64,000 nt of DNA from Candidatus Heimdallarchaeota archaeon (lineage in GTDB: Archaea; Asgardarchaeota; Heimdallarchaeia; Heimdallarchaeales; Heimdallarchaeaceae): contig JAUVXV010000006.1 of the NCBI GenBank assembly GCA_030603365.1, positions 32,001 to 96,000 on the forward strand, given 5' to 3'. This document shows positions 39,755 through 49,227 of the stretch, in pieces (the first letter of the stretch is position 1; each line of letters starts with the position of its first letter). The position numbers and the translations under genes are program-made. The notes under the pieces were generated by a model. That model had not been told where the DNA came from, did not search any database, and saw only the letters and a program-made list of their open reading frames with translations.

Positions 39755-41812
39755 TTGAATTGTAATCTCATGAGTTCTCCAAAAATGAAATACGCAACTC
39801 TATTTCTTTTAGTATTGATTAGTTTACAATTTGCTCCTGCAACCAATTCCTCAATTGCAGGAGATGATATTATAATTACTGAAGTACTTTACGATACTCC
39901 AGGAACTGATTCGGATGAAGAATGGTTTGAACTATTTAATCCCACAGATTCAACTGTCGATTTGACAGGATGGTCAGTTGATGATAATTACGCAAGTATT
40001 GGTTTAACAGGCACTATTCTAGCCAAAGGGTATTTTGTGGTTGCTAGTGATGCTGCAGCATTTAATACTCTATATGGTTATAGTCCTGATTTAAGTTTGG
40101 ATTGGGGAAGTTTTGCCTTAAGTAATTCAGGTGATATGCTCACTCTTAAAGATGATTTAAGTGCTGAAGTTGATTTTGTTGCATGGGAAAATGAAGTACC
40201 TGGTTGGTCCATTATTGCAGTTGATACAACTATCAGAAGAACGAATGTTGTTGACACTAATACAGTTGATGATTGGGAAAATAGTGGAACCATAGGTGAC
40301 CCCGGAGATGGTCCCTATGATGAAATGCTCCTAGATGTTATAGCTCCAATCGTTAACATAACAGCTCCTGTTAATGGTTCAACAGTATCAAGATTTGTAG
40401 ATATCAATGTTAATGCAACTGATGCAAACGGAATAGCTAGTTATGCTATATATGTTGATGGAGGATTAATTGCTACTACTAGTTCATATGTATGGGATTC
40501 TAGAAATGTGAATAATGGTTCTCATATAATATCTGCAATATGTAAAGATCCAGCAAATAATATTGGAGAACATAATATTACGGTAATAGTTGATAATGAA
40601 GACTTAATTTCAGACATAGATGCTATCAAAATCATGACCTACAACGTTGAAGAATCTGGTGCTAATCCAGACTGGAAGGAAGTAGTTAAGGAAGAAAATC
40701 CAGACATAGTTGTCTTTGTAGAAACTGGAGATTGGGATGATGGTTCAGATTTCTTACTTAACCAATATGTTGATGCATTTAATGCTTATTTTGTCGATGA
40801 AGAACCTTATGAAGGCTACACAGCTCAAGGTATTTCCTACAATACTGGAGGAGAAGCAATCATGAGCAGATTCCCAGTTTTAGAATCTGTCAGAATTCCT
40901 GAAGTACCTCTTGATAATGGTACAATGTATGATGTCACTCACGATTTCATGTTCTGGAATGTAAACATCTCTGGGACTGAAGTATATCTTATCGGTGTTC
41001 ATTTGAAAGCTATGGGCGGCATAGAAAACGAAGTAAGACGTGAGTATGAAACAGAAGGTATCATCAACTATATGGATGCGTTAGGGGAATACCCTATTCT
41101 GTACATGGGAGATTTGAACTCATTCTCACCTGAAGACACGGGTGCTTTAGCTCCAACAGGTGATCTAGGTTATGGACCATTGACTATGATGTTAGTTCCA
41201 GATGACCCAACCTATGGACAGTATTCATCGGAAGTACATAATTTTACAGATATCTATAGAACATTGAACCCAACTACTCCAGGGTTTACCTATCCATCCT
41301 ATGCTTCCAGAATCGATTTCATAATTGCCAATGATTACTTCGTAGATTACATGATTAACTCAACTGTTGGAGACACTGCAACAGCTAGTACAGGTTCTGA
41401 TCATTATTGTGTTGACTTCTTCTTGGATGCTTACTCTTTTGTGAATGAGCTAGACGTCAACCCACACGAAGTACAGGGATTGGATGCTGTTGCAATAAGT
41501 ACTACAGAGATTGATTTAACTTGGTATGCAAATATTGAGAGCGATTTGGACTATTATAGAGTCTTCAGAGACGGGGTGAACATAGCCAATACATCGAACA
41601 CTTACTATTCTGATAGTGGATTAACAGTAGGCACATGGTATGATTATGAGATAACAGCAGTTGATACAAGTGGTAAGGAAGGAGTACCTTCAAGCTCAGT
41701 ATCAATTAGGACACAGGATGTAGTACCAGAATTTCTAGTATTTGGAATAACAATACTATGTCTATTGGGAGTAAGTGCATTAGTTTCACTAATAATATTC
41801 AAAAGAAAGTAG
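39755..41812 (+). CDS. Surface-anchored nuclease/phosphatase: lamin-tail + Ig + EEP + FN3 + PEF tail
   Basis: IIITEVLYD..EEWFELFN (LTD), MTYNV, MGDLN, RIDFI, GSDH (EEP), FN3, VPEF + TM + KRK. Confidence 0.88.
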   Translation: MNCNLMSSPKMKYATLFLLVLISLQFAPATNSSIAGDDIIITEVLYDTPGTDSDEEWFELFNPTDSTVDLTGWSVDDNYASIGLTGTILAKGYFVVASDAAAFNTLYGYSPDLSLDWGSFALSNSGDMLTLKDDLSAEVDFVAWENEVPGWSIIAVDTTIRRTNVVDTNTVDDWENSGTIGDPGDGPYDEMLLDVIAPIVNITAPVNGSTVSRFVDINVNATDANGIASYAIYVDGGLIATTSSYVWDSRNVNNGSHIISAICKDPANNIGEHNITVIVDNEDLISDIDAIKIMTYNVEESGANPDWKEVVKEENPDIVVFVETGDWDDGSDFLLNQYVDAFNAYFVDEEPYEGYTAQGISYNTGGEAIMSRFPVLESVRIPEVPLDNGTMYDVTHDFMFWNVNISGTEVYLIGVHLKAMGGIENEVRREYETEGIINYMDALGEYPILYMGDLNSFSPEDTGALAPTGDLGYGPLTMMLVPDDPTYGQYSSEVHNFTDIYRTLNPTTPGFTYPSYASRIDFIIANDYFVDYMINSTVGDTATASTGSDHYCVDFFLDAYSFVNELDVNPHEVQGLDAVAISTTEIDLTWYANIESDLDYYRVFRDGVNIANTSNTYYSDSGLTVGTWYDYEITAVDTSGKEGVPSSSVSIRTQDVVPEFLVFGITILCLLGVSALVSLIIFKRK

Positions 41813-42005
41813 AATACCGAAGTCATTCTCTCTCTATTTTTTTCTTTTACATCTAATTTCTAAACAAGTTAAATATCATTCAAGTTTCACTATAAGATTT
41901 TTAACTCTGACAAGAGATAGCACTGAATTGATGATACGATTAATAGGTAAGAAAGAAGTGACAATATTCTTTTTGTTTCTCTTTCTGTTTTCGTTCAATG
42001 AATCT

Positions 42006-42119
42006 AATTATTTTGTTGAAGTTCAAAGTCCCCCAATAGTTATGCTTCATGGGTTTCTTGGAAGTCATCAAGAATGACGTACTTACGAGGATTCTTTGAA
42101 AGAGAGGTATCAGCCTATT
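42006..42119 (+). pseudogene. Second 5' relic of the alpha/beta hydrolase
   Basis: PPIVMLHGFLGSHQE* then YEDSLKERYQPI, versus YVDSLKDNYQLI in 43130. Confidence 0.75.
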
Positions 42120-42295
42120 ATATTAATTAAAAGCGATCCGAAAGCCGTGCCTAAACGCACAGCGAACGGGGTAGGAGGATACGTGATGTATCCACTCAGA
42201 GTGAGTATAGAGCACTTGCATGCTCCTATATGATGAACTCTAAGAAAGATATTAAACTTTCTTGTTACTATGACAAGATGACAAAACCACATCAT
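42111..42295 (+). ncRNA. Orphan TnpB 3'-end / omega-RNA scaffold remnant
   Basis: Homologous to 13226-13386 with compensatory stem changes; no tnpB ORF. Confidence 0.7.
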
Positions 42296-42367
42296 GGAAA
42301 GAATCACTTAAAATATTTGATTCCATAGCTTTTAATAGTTTTAACATAACTATTATTCTAGTTCAAA

Positions 42368-42961
42368 ATGAAAATGTCCAAAACGGAAAAGAAGGTTGTC
42401 AACAGCAAAAAACATGGTCAAAGAAACATAGATTTGTATGAACAACTTTCTCAAAAAATAGATTTTACTGGAGTAAAGGATGTACTAGAAATAGGATGTG
42501 GTGCAGGCATTTTAGCTAACCACCTAAATGAGAAATATGGATTGGATGTAACTGGAATAGATATAGATCCAGAACAAATAGAACTAGCCAAAGAAAACCA
42601 AAAGAAAAAAGACAACCTACAATTTATGGTAGCTGATGCAACAAAGCTTAGTTTTAGTGAAGAAGAATCATATGATCTTACTATATCAACATATGTTTTA
42701 CATCACATAGGTAATTGGGAAGAAGCTTTAATGGAGATAAAACGAGTCTTAAAATCAAATGGGTTCTATATTTTCTACGATATGACTTACTCTAAGTTTA
42801 TAGTACAAATATTCAAGCCTATAGCGAAGAAATACGGGGTTTACACAGCTCGAGATATTAAGGGATTTTTTGAAAAAAATAATTTCAAAGTGCTATATGA
42901 AGAGAAACAAAAGCACTTTATATTTAAAAATTATATTTTCGTATTTCAAAAAACTGAATAA
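42368..42961 (+). CDS. Class I SAM-dependent methyltransferase
   Basis: VLEIGCGAG, GIDID, ADAT, VLHHI, RVLKSNG. Confidence 0.9.
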   Translation: MKMSKTEKKVVNSKKHGQRNIDLYEQLSQKIDFTGVKDVLEIGCGAGILANHLNEKYGLDVTGIDIDPEQIELAKENQKKKDNLQFMVADATKLSFSEEESYDLTISTYVLHHIGNWEEALMEIKRVLKSNGFYIFYDMTYSKFIVQIFKPIAKKYGVYTARDIKGFFEKNNFKVLYEEKQKHFIFKNYIFVFQKTE

Positions 42962-43129
42962 TTAAGATATAAAAATCATAAATAAGTTTTGAAAATAAAC
43001 TAGTAAATTATTTATAGTAATGATAGTAACTTATTCTTTGATATCATAAATTAAATCTAAATCATGGAATATTTGAAGACTGATTTTTTATTAACTAGCT
43101 TTATTAGTGCTCATTGCTCTTAACTTGTT

Positions 43130-43927
43130 ATGCCATTTGTTGAGAACAAAGGTGTAAAGCTTCATTATGTTGTTATTGGTCAAGGTCCGCCTATAGTTTT
43201 GATTCATGGCGGATTTGGAAGTTTCCAAGAGTGGTACATTGGTGGTTACGTTGATTCATTGAAAGATAACTATCAGCTTATTTTGGTTGACCTTCGAGGT
43301 CATGGACAAAGTGACAGACTTCATGATTCCCTATCCTATTCGACCAGAAATTTCACATCTGATATAATCGCTATACTAGATGATTTAAAAATAGATAAGG
43401 CACATTGTTGGGGATATTCTCTTGGAGGGCATCTAGCTTTCTGTTTATCTAGAGATTATCCTGAACGCTTTCTGAGTTTCATCATTGGTGGAATGTATCC
43501 TCAAGGACTAATTCAAAGAGATCTAGATAGAGAGAAACGTATAAGAGAACACTGTAAGGAAGGACCAGATGGTTTTATCAGATATTCAAAGGAAACGGGA
43601 CAAAATGTAACACCAGAGATGGAACGAGGAATAAGAACGATGGACTTCAAGTCAATTAATGCTTGGATAAACAGTGAGGACCTATTCCGTAAGGCAGATG
43701 AACATCTTCCAGATCTGGATATACCCTTCCTCTTGTATGCAGGAGAGCTAGACGAATGGGAACCCCATCCTCTTCTTGTTGAAGTAAGCAAGAAAATGAA
43801 AAATGCTGAGACAATACTGTTTGAAGGAAAAGGACATAATGTACAATTCGAACAAGGAGTAGTCCTTCCACATGTTTTAGAATTTCTAGAAGGGTTTATT
43901 AGCAATCATGAGAATGCATGTATTTGA
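43130..43927 (+). CDS. Alpha/beta hydrolase
   Basis: IHGG, DLRGHGQS, WGYSLGG, GH. Confidence 0.9.
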   Translation: MPFVENKGVKLHYVVIGQGPPIVLIHGGFGSFQEWYIGGYVDSLKDNYQLILVDLRGHGQSDRLHDSLSYSTRNFTSDIIAILDDLKIDKAHCWGYSLGGHLAFCLSRDYPERFLSFIIGGMYPQGLIQRDLDREKRIREHCKEGPDGFIRYSKETGQNVTPEMERGIRTMDFKSINAWINSEDLFRKADEHLPDLDIPFLLYAGELDEWEPHPLLVEVSKKMKNAETILFEGKGHNVQFEQGVVLPHVLEFLEGFISNHENACI

Positions 43928-44880
43928 TGCAAATGAAAGATTACAAAAAAATCTTAACATCTTTCTTTATTCTATTCTTATTTTCATCATTGACAGTAAG
44001 AAGCGAAATAGCACCAAATCTACTTGATCTGACGGAAGGGACAGTCATAATTGGAGATGTATACATGAATGAAATTTATGGGAAATTCAATTTCAGCGTA
44101 GATAGAATTTTCTATGACTCTTTCTTTGATGAAGATTTTGTTGAGCTAACAAGAGAAATGATTCATGAACCTCCATATAATCCAGTTAATGTAGTGAGAG
44201 AAATTGTTACATCACTTGTTGTAAATGATAATAGAACAGTTATCTTTCCGGTAGCATCCTACTACGTTGAAACTGTAGATTATAACGTCACTATATTTTT
44301 GGATTATACAGATGATTTAAACATGACTGAAGATGATTTAAAAGTCACTTACAATGGAACTACTTATATCTATAATGACTTAGACCCAGAAGAGCCTTTT
44401 TATGATAATGTTAGCTATTGGGCGTTTACTTGGGCAGTAGCAAACGTGTTTGAATTGCAAATGATGCCATTTATCAAATATGCTATCTCCCCTCAAGCAA
44501 CAATAGGGCAAGAAATCCTATATGGTCAATATAATGGAACAGTTGTAGGTTTCACGGAATATTACATTAGTGAAACAGAATATTTTGAAGCTATTGAAGT
44601 ACATCATGATGAAACAATAGTAATCATAGATATTTTCGGAACGGATGACCCATACACTTTAGGTGAAACCACTCTACTTTATGAAAAGAGTACGGGGATT
44701 GTTCTACACTGGATTGAATACAATTCTTTGCTAGACCATTATTATTACTACAATGCTACTGACGTTTTAGGTATTAATCCAATTATCGTTGTTCCAGAAT
44801 TTGCAGTACCCCTGATAATAGTACTAGGCAGTATTCTAATCGCCATACCAATTCTCACAAGTAGAAGAAAGAAAGAATAA
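43918..44880 (+). CDS. Surface protein with PEF sorting tail (copy 1)
   Basis: Signal peptide; VPEF + TM + RRKKE. Confidence 0.82.
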   Translation: MYLMQMKDYKKILTSFFILFLFSSLTVRSEIAPNLLDLTEGTVIIGDVYMNEIYGKFNFSVDRIFYDSFFDEDFVELTREMIHEPPYNPVNVVREIVTSLVVNDNRTVIFPVASYYVETVDYNVTIFLDYTDDLNMTEDDLKVTYNGTTYIYNDLDPEEPFYDNVSYWAFTWAVANVFELQMMPFIKYAISPQATIGQEILYGQYNGTVVGFTEYYISETEYFEAIEVHHDETIVIIDIFGTDDPYTLGETTLLYEKSTGIVLHWIEYNSLLDHYYYYNATDVLGINPIIVVPEFAVPLIIVLGSILIAIPILTSRRKKE

Positions 44881-45130
44881 TTTTTCTTTACCTTTTTCTT
44901 TTTTTTGTTTTCGAAGTAGTATAAAACTTAGCCAAAAATATTTTTTTAAAACTCTTAATAATTGTTCTTGAAAATAAAAGAAAAGTAAGGTAAAATTATA
45001 ATGTTATGCTGATAGTAACTGCAAAATTACAATCTGCTTTTGTTGCTTCAGATGTTTCATCACTAATTTCAATTCTGTTGTTTTTTTTATTTCTAGAAGG
45101 GTTTATTAGCAATCATGAGAATGCATATAT

Positions 45131-46087
45131 TTGATGCAAATGAGAAGTTACATCAAAATAACAGCTTGTTTTTGTATAGTATTCTTACTTTCATCATTAA
45201 CTGTGAGAAGCGAAACTGCTCCAAATCTACTAGAACTGACTGAAGGGATAGTTATAATAGGAGACACTCACCAAGAAGGACTCTTTGGTACAGCAAATTT
45301 TAGTGTAGATAAAATATGGTATGACCCCTTCTTCGATGAAGATATTGTAGAAATCTCTAGAGGTCTAGTACAAGATCCTCCATATGATCCGATTCTCAAT
45401 GTTTCTTCACAACAGATTAAATCATTGGTTGTAAAAGATAATAGAACAGTCTACATACCAGCAATTAGTTATGACATCAAAAGTGGAGATGATTTCATAA
45501 GTATATTTGTTAATTACACTGATGATTTGAATGTTACAGTAAATGATTTGATGGTCACTTACAATGGAATAACGTATGTTTATAATGAAATGGATCCTTA
45601 TTCAGCAGTTTATGAAAATGTTAGCTTTTGGATGATGAGCTGGGCAGTTGGGAATGTATTTGAATTACAGCTAATGCCTCTACTCAGATACGCAATTTCA
45701 CCTCAAGCAACGATTGGTCAAGAAATTGAATATGGCAAATTCACGGGAGAAGTAATGGGATTCACGGAATATTATATCAGCGAGACAGAATATTTTGAAG
45801 TTATCGAAGTACATCATAACGAAGAAATTGTTATCATTAATTTGTTCGGAACTGACCAGCCATATGTATTTGGAGATACCACTCTACTTTACGAAAAAAA
45901 TACCGGAATAATCTTACATTGGCTCGAATACAATTCTACATCATATGAATATTATTACTACAACGCAACAGAAGTAATAGGTATCAGTCCAATCAGTATA
46001 CCAGAATTTTCAGTACCCTTGATAATAGTACTAAGCAGTATTCTAATCGCTATACCAATTCTCATAAGTAGAAGAAAGAAAGAATAA
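45131..46087 (+). CDS. Surface protein with PEF sorting tail (copy 2)
   Basis: Paralogue of 43918; IPEF + TM + RRKKE. Confidence 0.82.
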   Translation: MMQMRSYIKITACFCIVFLLSSLTVRSETAPNLLELTEGIVIIGDTHQEGLFGTANFSVDKIWYDPFFDEDIVEISRGLVQDPPYDPILNVSSQQIKSLVVKDNRTVYIPAISYDIKSGDDFISIFVNYTDDLNVTVNDLMVTYNGITYVYNEMDPYSAVYENVSFWMMSWAVGNVFELQLMPLLRYAISPQATIGQEIEYGKFTGEVMGFTEYYISETEYFEVIEVHHNEEIVIINLFGTDQPYVFGDTTLLYEKNTGIILHWLEYNSTSYEYYYYNATEVIGISPISIPEFSVPLIIVLSSILIAIPILISRRKKE

Positions 46088-46204
46088 TTTTTCTTTACCT
46101 TTTTCTTTTTTTTTGTTTTCGAAGTAGTACAAAACTTAGCCAAAAATATTTTTTTAAAAATCTTAATAAGTGTTCATGGTAATTAATGAAAGTAAGGTAA
46201 GAGT

Positions 46205-47296
46205 ATGAAGAAGCATGTATGTCTTTGTGTTTTGTTGATAATATTTGCAAATTACAATCTTATAGCTGTTTCCACTTATGCTAATAATCAAGAGGTGACG
46301 ATAACTAAAGTAGGAGAATTTGCAACCAATGCATTGTACTATCATATTGAAGTAATTGATGACATACTATACTTTACTGAATTTGATACAAAGAAATTTT
46401 GTTTGTTAGATGTACAAGATCCATCAAAACCCGTTTCATTAGCAAATTATTCTGTAACAGATGGACATGATTTCGAAATTAGGGGGGATATTGCTTATTT
46501 GAGTACATGGGAGTATGGGATAGAAATCACCGATATCTCGAATTCAACCAATCCAATAAAAATCAGTAATTACACAACAGGACCAATATCACATCTGAAT
46601 GTAATCGACAACTACATCTATGCAAGTCGTCACACTGAGAACAGATCTTATTATGAGATAATCGATGTAAGCAATCTTTTTGAACCTAAGTTAGTCAAAG
46701 AATTCTGTGAGGGACAGGGAGCTAAACCATTCATTGATAACAATTTAGCTCTCATATGTGTAAAGAATGTAACTTCGCTAGAGTGTTATTTTCGTTTATA
46801 CAATATTGAAGACCGTGAAAACCCTGAATTGGTTAGTGAGTATATTTCTAATGAAAATATATACTGCTATGACATCTTTTTAGAAAATGATTATGCCTAT
46901 TTTGCTTTAGCAGGTAAAGGGGTAATGATTATAGATTACAGTGACATCTATAACCCCATTTATGTGCACAGATTTGAAACTGGACATAATGTCTGGCGAT
47001 TGCATGTGGTTGAGGATATACTTTTCATAGCAAATGATGTTGCAGGAACAAAAATCATAGATGTTACAAGCAAAACCAATCCTATAGAACTAGCAAAATA
47101 TTATGATGGAGGATCAGCTTATAACTTGGATATGAAAGACAATCTCATCTTTGTTGCAGATGAGAATGATGCCATAGAAATTCTAGAAATTAAAGGATTA
47201 GAGATATTTGAAACATCATTTGTTTTATTGCATAGTTTGTTACTAATCCCTATTCTTATACTGCTTAAAAAAATACCAAAGAGTAAAAGGAAATAA
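46205..47296 (+). CDS. LVIVD-repeat beta-propeller surface protein
   Basis: Repeats such as GIEITDISNSTNP, GVMIIDYSDIYNP, GTKIIDVTSKTNP; C-terminal TM. Confidence 0.85.
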   Translation: MKKHVCLCVLLIIFANYNLIAVSTYANNQEVTITKVGEFATNALYYHIEVIDDILYFTEFDTKKFCLLDVQDPSKPVSLANYSVTDGHDFEIRGDIAYLSTWEYGIEITDISNSTNPIKISNYTTGPISHLNVIDNYIYASRHTENRSYYEIIDVSNLFEPKLVKEFCEGQGAKPFIDNNLALICVKNVTSLECYFRLYNIEDRENPELVSEYISNENIYCYDIFLENDYAYFALAGKGVMIIDYSDIYNPIYVHRFETGHNVWRLHVVEDILFIANDVAGTKIIDVTSKTNPIELAKYYDGGSAYNLDMKDNLIFVADENDAIEILEIKGLEIFETSFVLLHSLLLIPILILLKKIPKSKRK

Positions 47297-47368
47297 CAAA
47301 CAAGGTAGGCTAATGCAAGAAATTAGAATAAGATTTTAGTGATATTGAAAAAGAAAAAAAGAAAAAGA

Positions 47369-48943
47369 TCATACGTTCTTTAATCGTTTCTTAGTTATCA
47401 TAGAGAGAGGAACCAATGCTACAACAAACAAAGATAGTATGAATATGATCTGAATACCAGTTGATAACTCTGGAATTATTAAGGGTCCTGTGGGATAGGG
47501 GTCATTGTTATTAGCAGCACCATCAAGAGGATATGGAGGTATACCATTCCAATCTGACCACCAATTACCTTCTAACGTGATTGTATTAAACCAGATATTA
47601 TCTGTCCCATCGTCGTAACCTTGAGAAGTTCCTCCAAGATTGTTATCAGTTAAATAGTTGAGATACACCTCATTGTCAGAGGAGAAACCATTCAAGTAAA
47701 TTCCATAGTCTGCACAATTTTGAATAGTATTGTTCGTAATGAGACAAGAATCAGAAGATTGCAGATAGATACCCCAATGACTGCTAATGATACAAGTGTT
47801 ATTCATAATTGTGTTTCCAAAGCAACTCCATATATAGATGCTCAACCACACATTATTGTTGCAAGTATTATTGTTAACTATACAATTATCAGAAATAAAC
47901 AACCATAATCCATACCCACCATTATTATTACAGATATTGTTAGCAAATGTTGATCCTTGATCGTATACCGTCTCTAGTCCATCGTCAGAATTGTAACTAC
48001 AAGTATTGTTTACAACAGTACTGTAAGTGCAATCCTCAAGAATGATCCCATCAAAATTATTATTGCATGTATTATTCATGATCTCAGCATTGTCACACCA
48101 ATAAAGAAACATACCAGTTCTTGTATTTGATAGGTCTTGGTTGTATATAGTGGGTCTGTTACAGTAAATAAGGATGAGTTGACCATAATCAGGAGTTGTA
48201 AAGATAAGATCATCTGTATATGTATAATATCCTAAGATCTTCCCATTTACCCAGTTATTCTCAAAACTAAAGTTAAGGTAATTTGTTAGACTAATATCCT
48301 CGATATGAACACCACAATTGTAAAAAGCATTATTTGTAAGAGTAGAATTAGTGGAATGCCAAATAGTGATTCCACGACCACCACCATTATCACTAAGTGT
48401 GTTATTTATAATAATAGCACCGGGTGAGTAATATAAATTAATGCCATTAAAAGCATTGTTTGTCATTGTGCTATTTATGATTTTAACACTAGGAGAATAA
48501 TCTAGATATATGCCTTCCCAATTATTTTCATTAAGAGTAGTATTATAGATTGTAGCTGTTCCTGAAGTAACAGATTCAAAACTGATACCATATCCAACAG
48601 TTTCAATGTAACAATTACTGATAACAAAGTGTTTGGTTGTACCTTTTACGGATATACCATATGAGGTGGCTGTAATAATGTTGTAGCCAGTAATCATGTA
48701 AGGATCACTTCTTGTTCCAGTTCCAGAAAAACCATAGTCAGTAAAATTATTGTCAGATATTATTGTAAACGGAGCATGATCTAATAGAGCTTGAAATGAA
48801 GATGAAGATTCGTTGTGAACAACAGGAATTGCTAAGATAGAAGTTGAATTCTGATTAACTGAAAGAAAGAGTAGTGAGATAATAACTAGAAATACGATAC
48901 TTGTTTTTGAGAAATTATTTTTTTTATTCATTTTTAACCTCAA
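47369..48943 (-). CDS. Surface beta-helix (NosD/CASH) protein, paralogue of 34400
   Basis: Identical blocks NYLNFSFENNWVNGKILGYY and TITLEGNWWSDW; IPEL + TM + KKR. Confidence 0.88.
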   Translation of the reverse strand: MRLKMNKKNNFSKTSIVFLVIISLLFLSVNQNSTSILAIPVVHNESSSSFQALLDHAPFTIISDNNFTDYGFSGTGTRSDPYMITGYNIITATSYGISVKGTTKHFVISNCYIETVGYGISFESVTSGTATIYNTTLNENNWEGIYLDYSPSVKIINSTMTNNAFNGINLYYSPGAIIINNTLSDNGGGRGITIWHSTNSTLTNNAFYNCGVHIEDISLTNYLNFSFENNWVNGKILGYYTYTDDLIFTTPDYGQLILIYCNRPTIYNQDLSNTRTGMFLYWCDNAEIMNNTCNNNFDGIILEDCTYSTVVNNTCSYNSDDGLETVYDQGSTFANNICNNNGGYGLWLFISDNCIVNNNTCNNNVWLSIYIWSCFGNTIMNNTCIISSHWGIYLQSSDSCLITNNTIQNCADYGIYLNGFSSDNEVYLNYLTDNNLGGTSQGYDDGTDNIWFNTITLEGNWWSDWNGIPPYPLDGAANNNDPYPTGPLIIPELSTGIQIIFILSLFVVALVPLSMITKKRLKNV

Positions 48944-48964
48944 AGATTAGTTATAAATTCATAT

Positions 48965-48980
48965 TATATAAGGATTTTAC
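48965..48980 (-). promoter_or_regulatory. BRE/TATA promoter
   Basis: 16-bp identity with 35993-36008. Confidence 0.7.
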
Positions 48981-49155
48981 CAAGATTTTTAGTTCATTAC
49001 CTTACAAGAAGGTATGTTAACTAATCCTAGCAGCCTCTAGCTAACAATAACCGCATATACATCTTCTTGGAAGATATCTGATAAAGACAAGAAGGTGGGA
49101 TGTTGGAAAGACCTACTTATTATATGTCCTGTTTTCAGAAGAGATAAATAAAAAG

Positions 49156-49227
49156 TTAGCATCGGGATGCTAATGGAAACATTTAAATATTCGTGCAGAC
49201 AACATATAGTTAGCATCAAAATGCTAA
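49156..49227. promoter_or_regulatory. Two perfect palindromes TTAGCAT-N4-ATGCTAA (49156-73 and 49210-27)
   Basis: Seen directly; the second abuts the first R-M ORF. Confidence 0.7.

Larger units (their letters stand above)
43882..46158 (+). repeat. Tandem duplication, period 1207 bp, with near-identical ends
   Basis: 43882-43936 matches 45089-45143; 44794-44951 matches 46001-46158 (about 6 mismatches). Confidence 0.88.

Noticed and set aside
39755-40320. Lamin-tail domain as a eukaryotic lamin homologue
   Set aside because: LTDs are common in secreted prokaryotic nucleases, and there is no coiled-coil rod
42096-42110. TTGA...AGGTAT resembling 12031-12049, suggesting the 42.1-kb copy is a MITE with a left end and a TTGA TAM
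   Set aside because: This stretch aligns better with the hydrolase gene (TTACGTTGATTCATTGAAAGATAACTATCAGCTTATT in 43130), so it is pseudogene sequence, not an IS end
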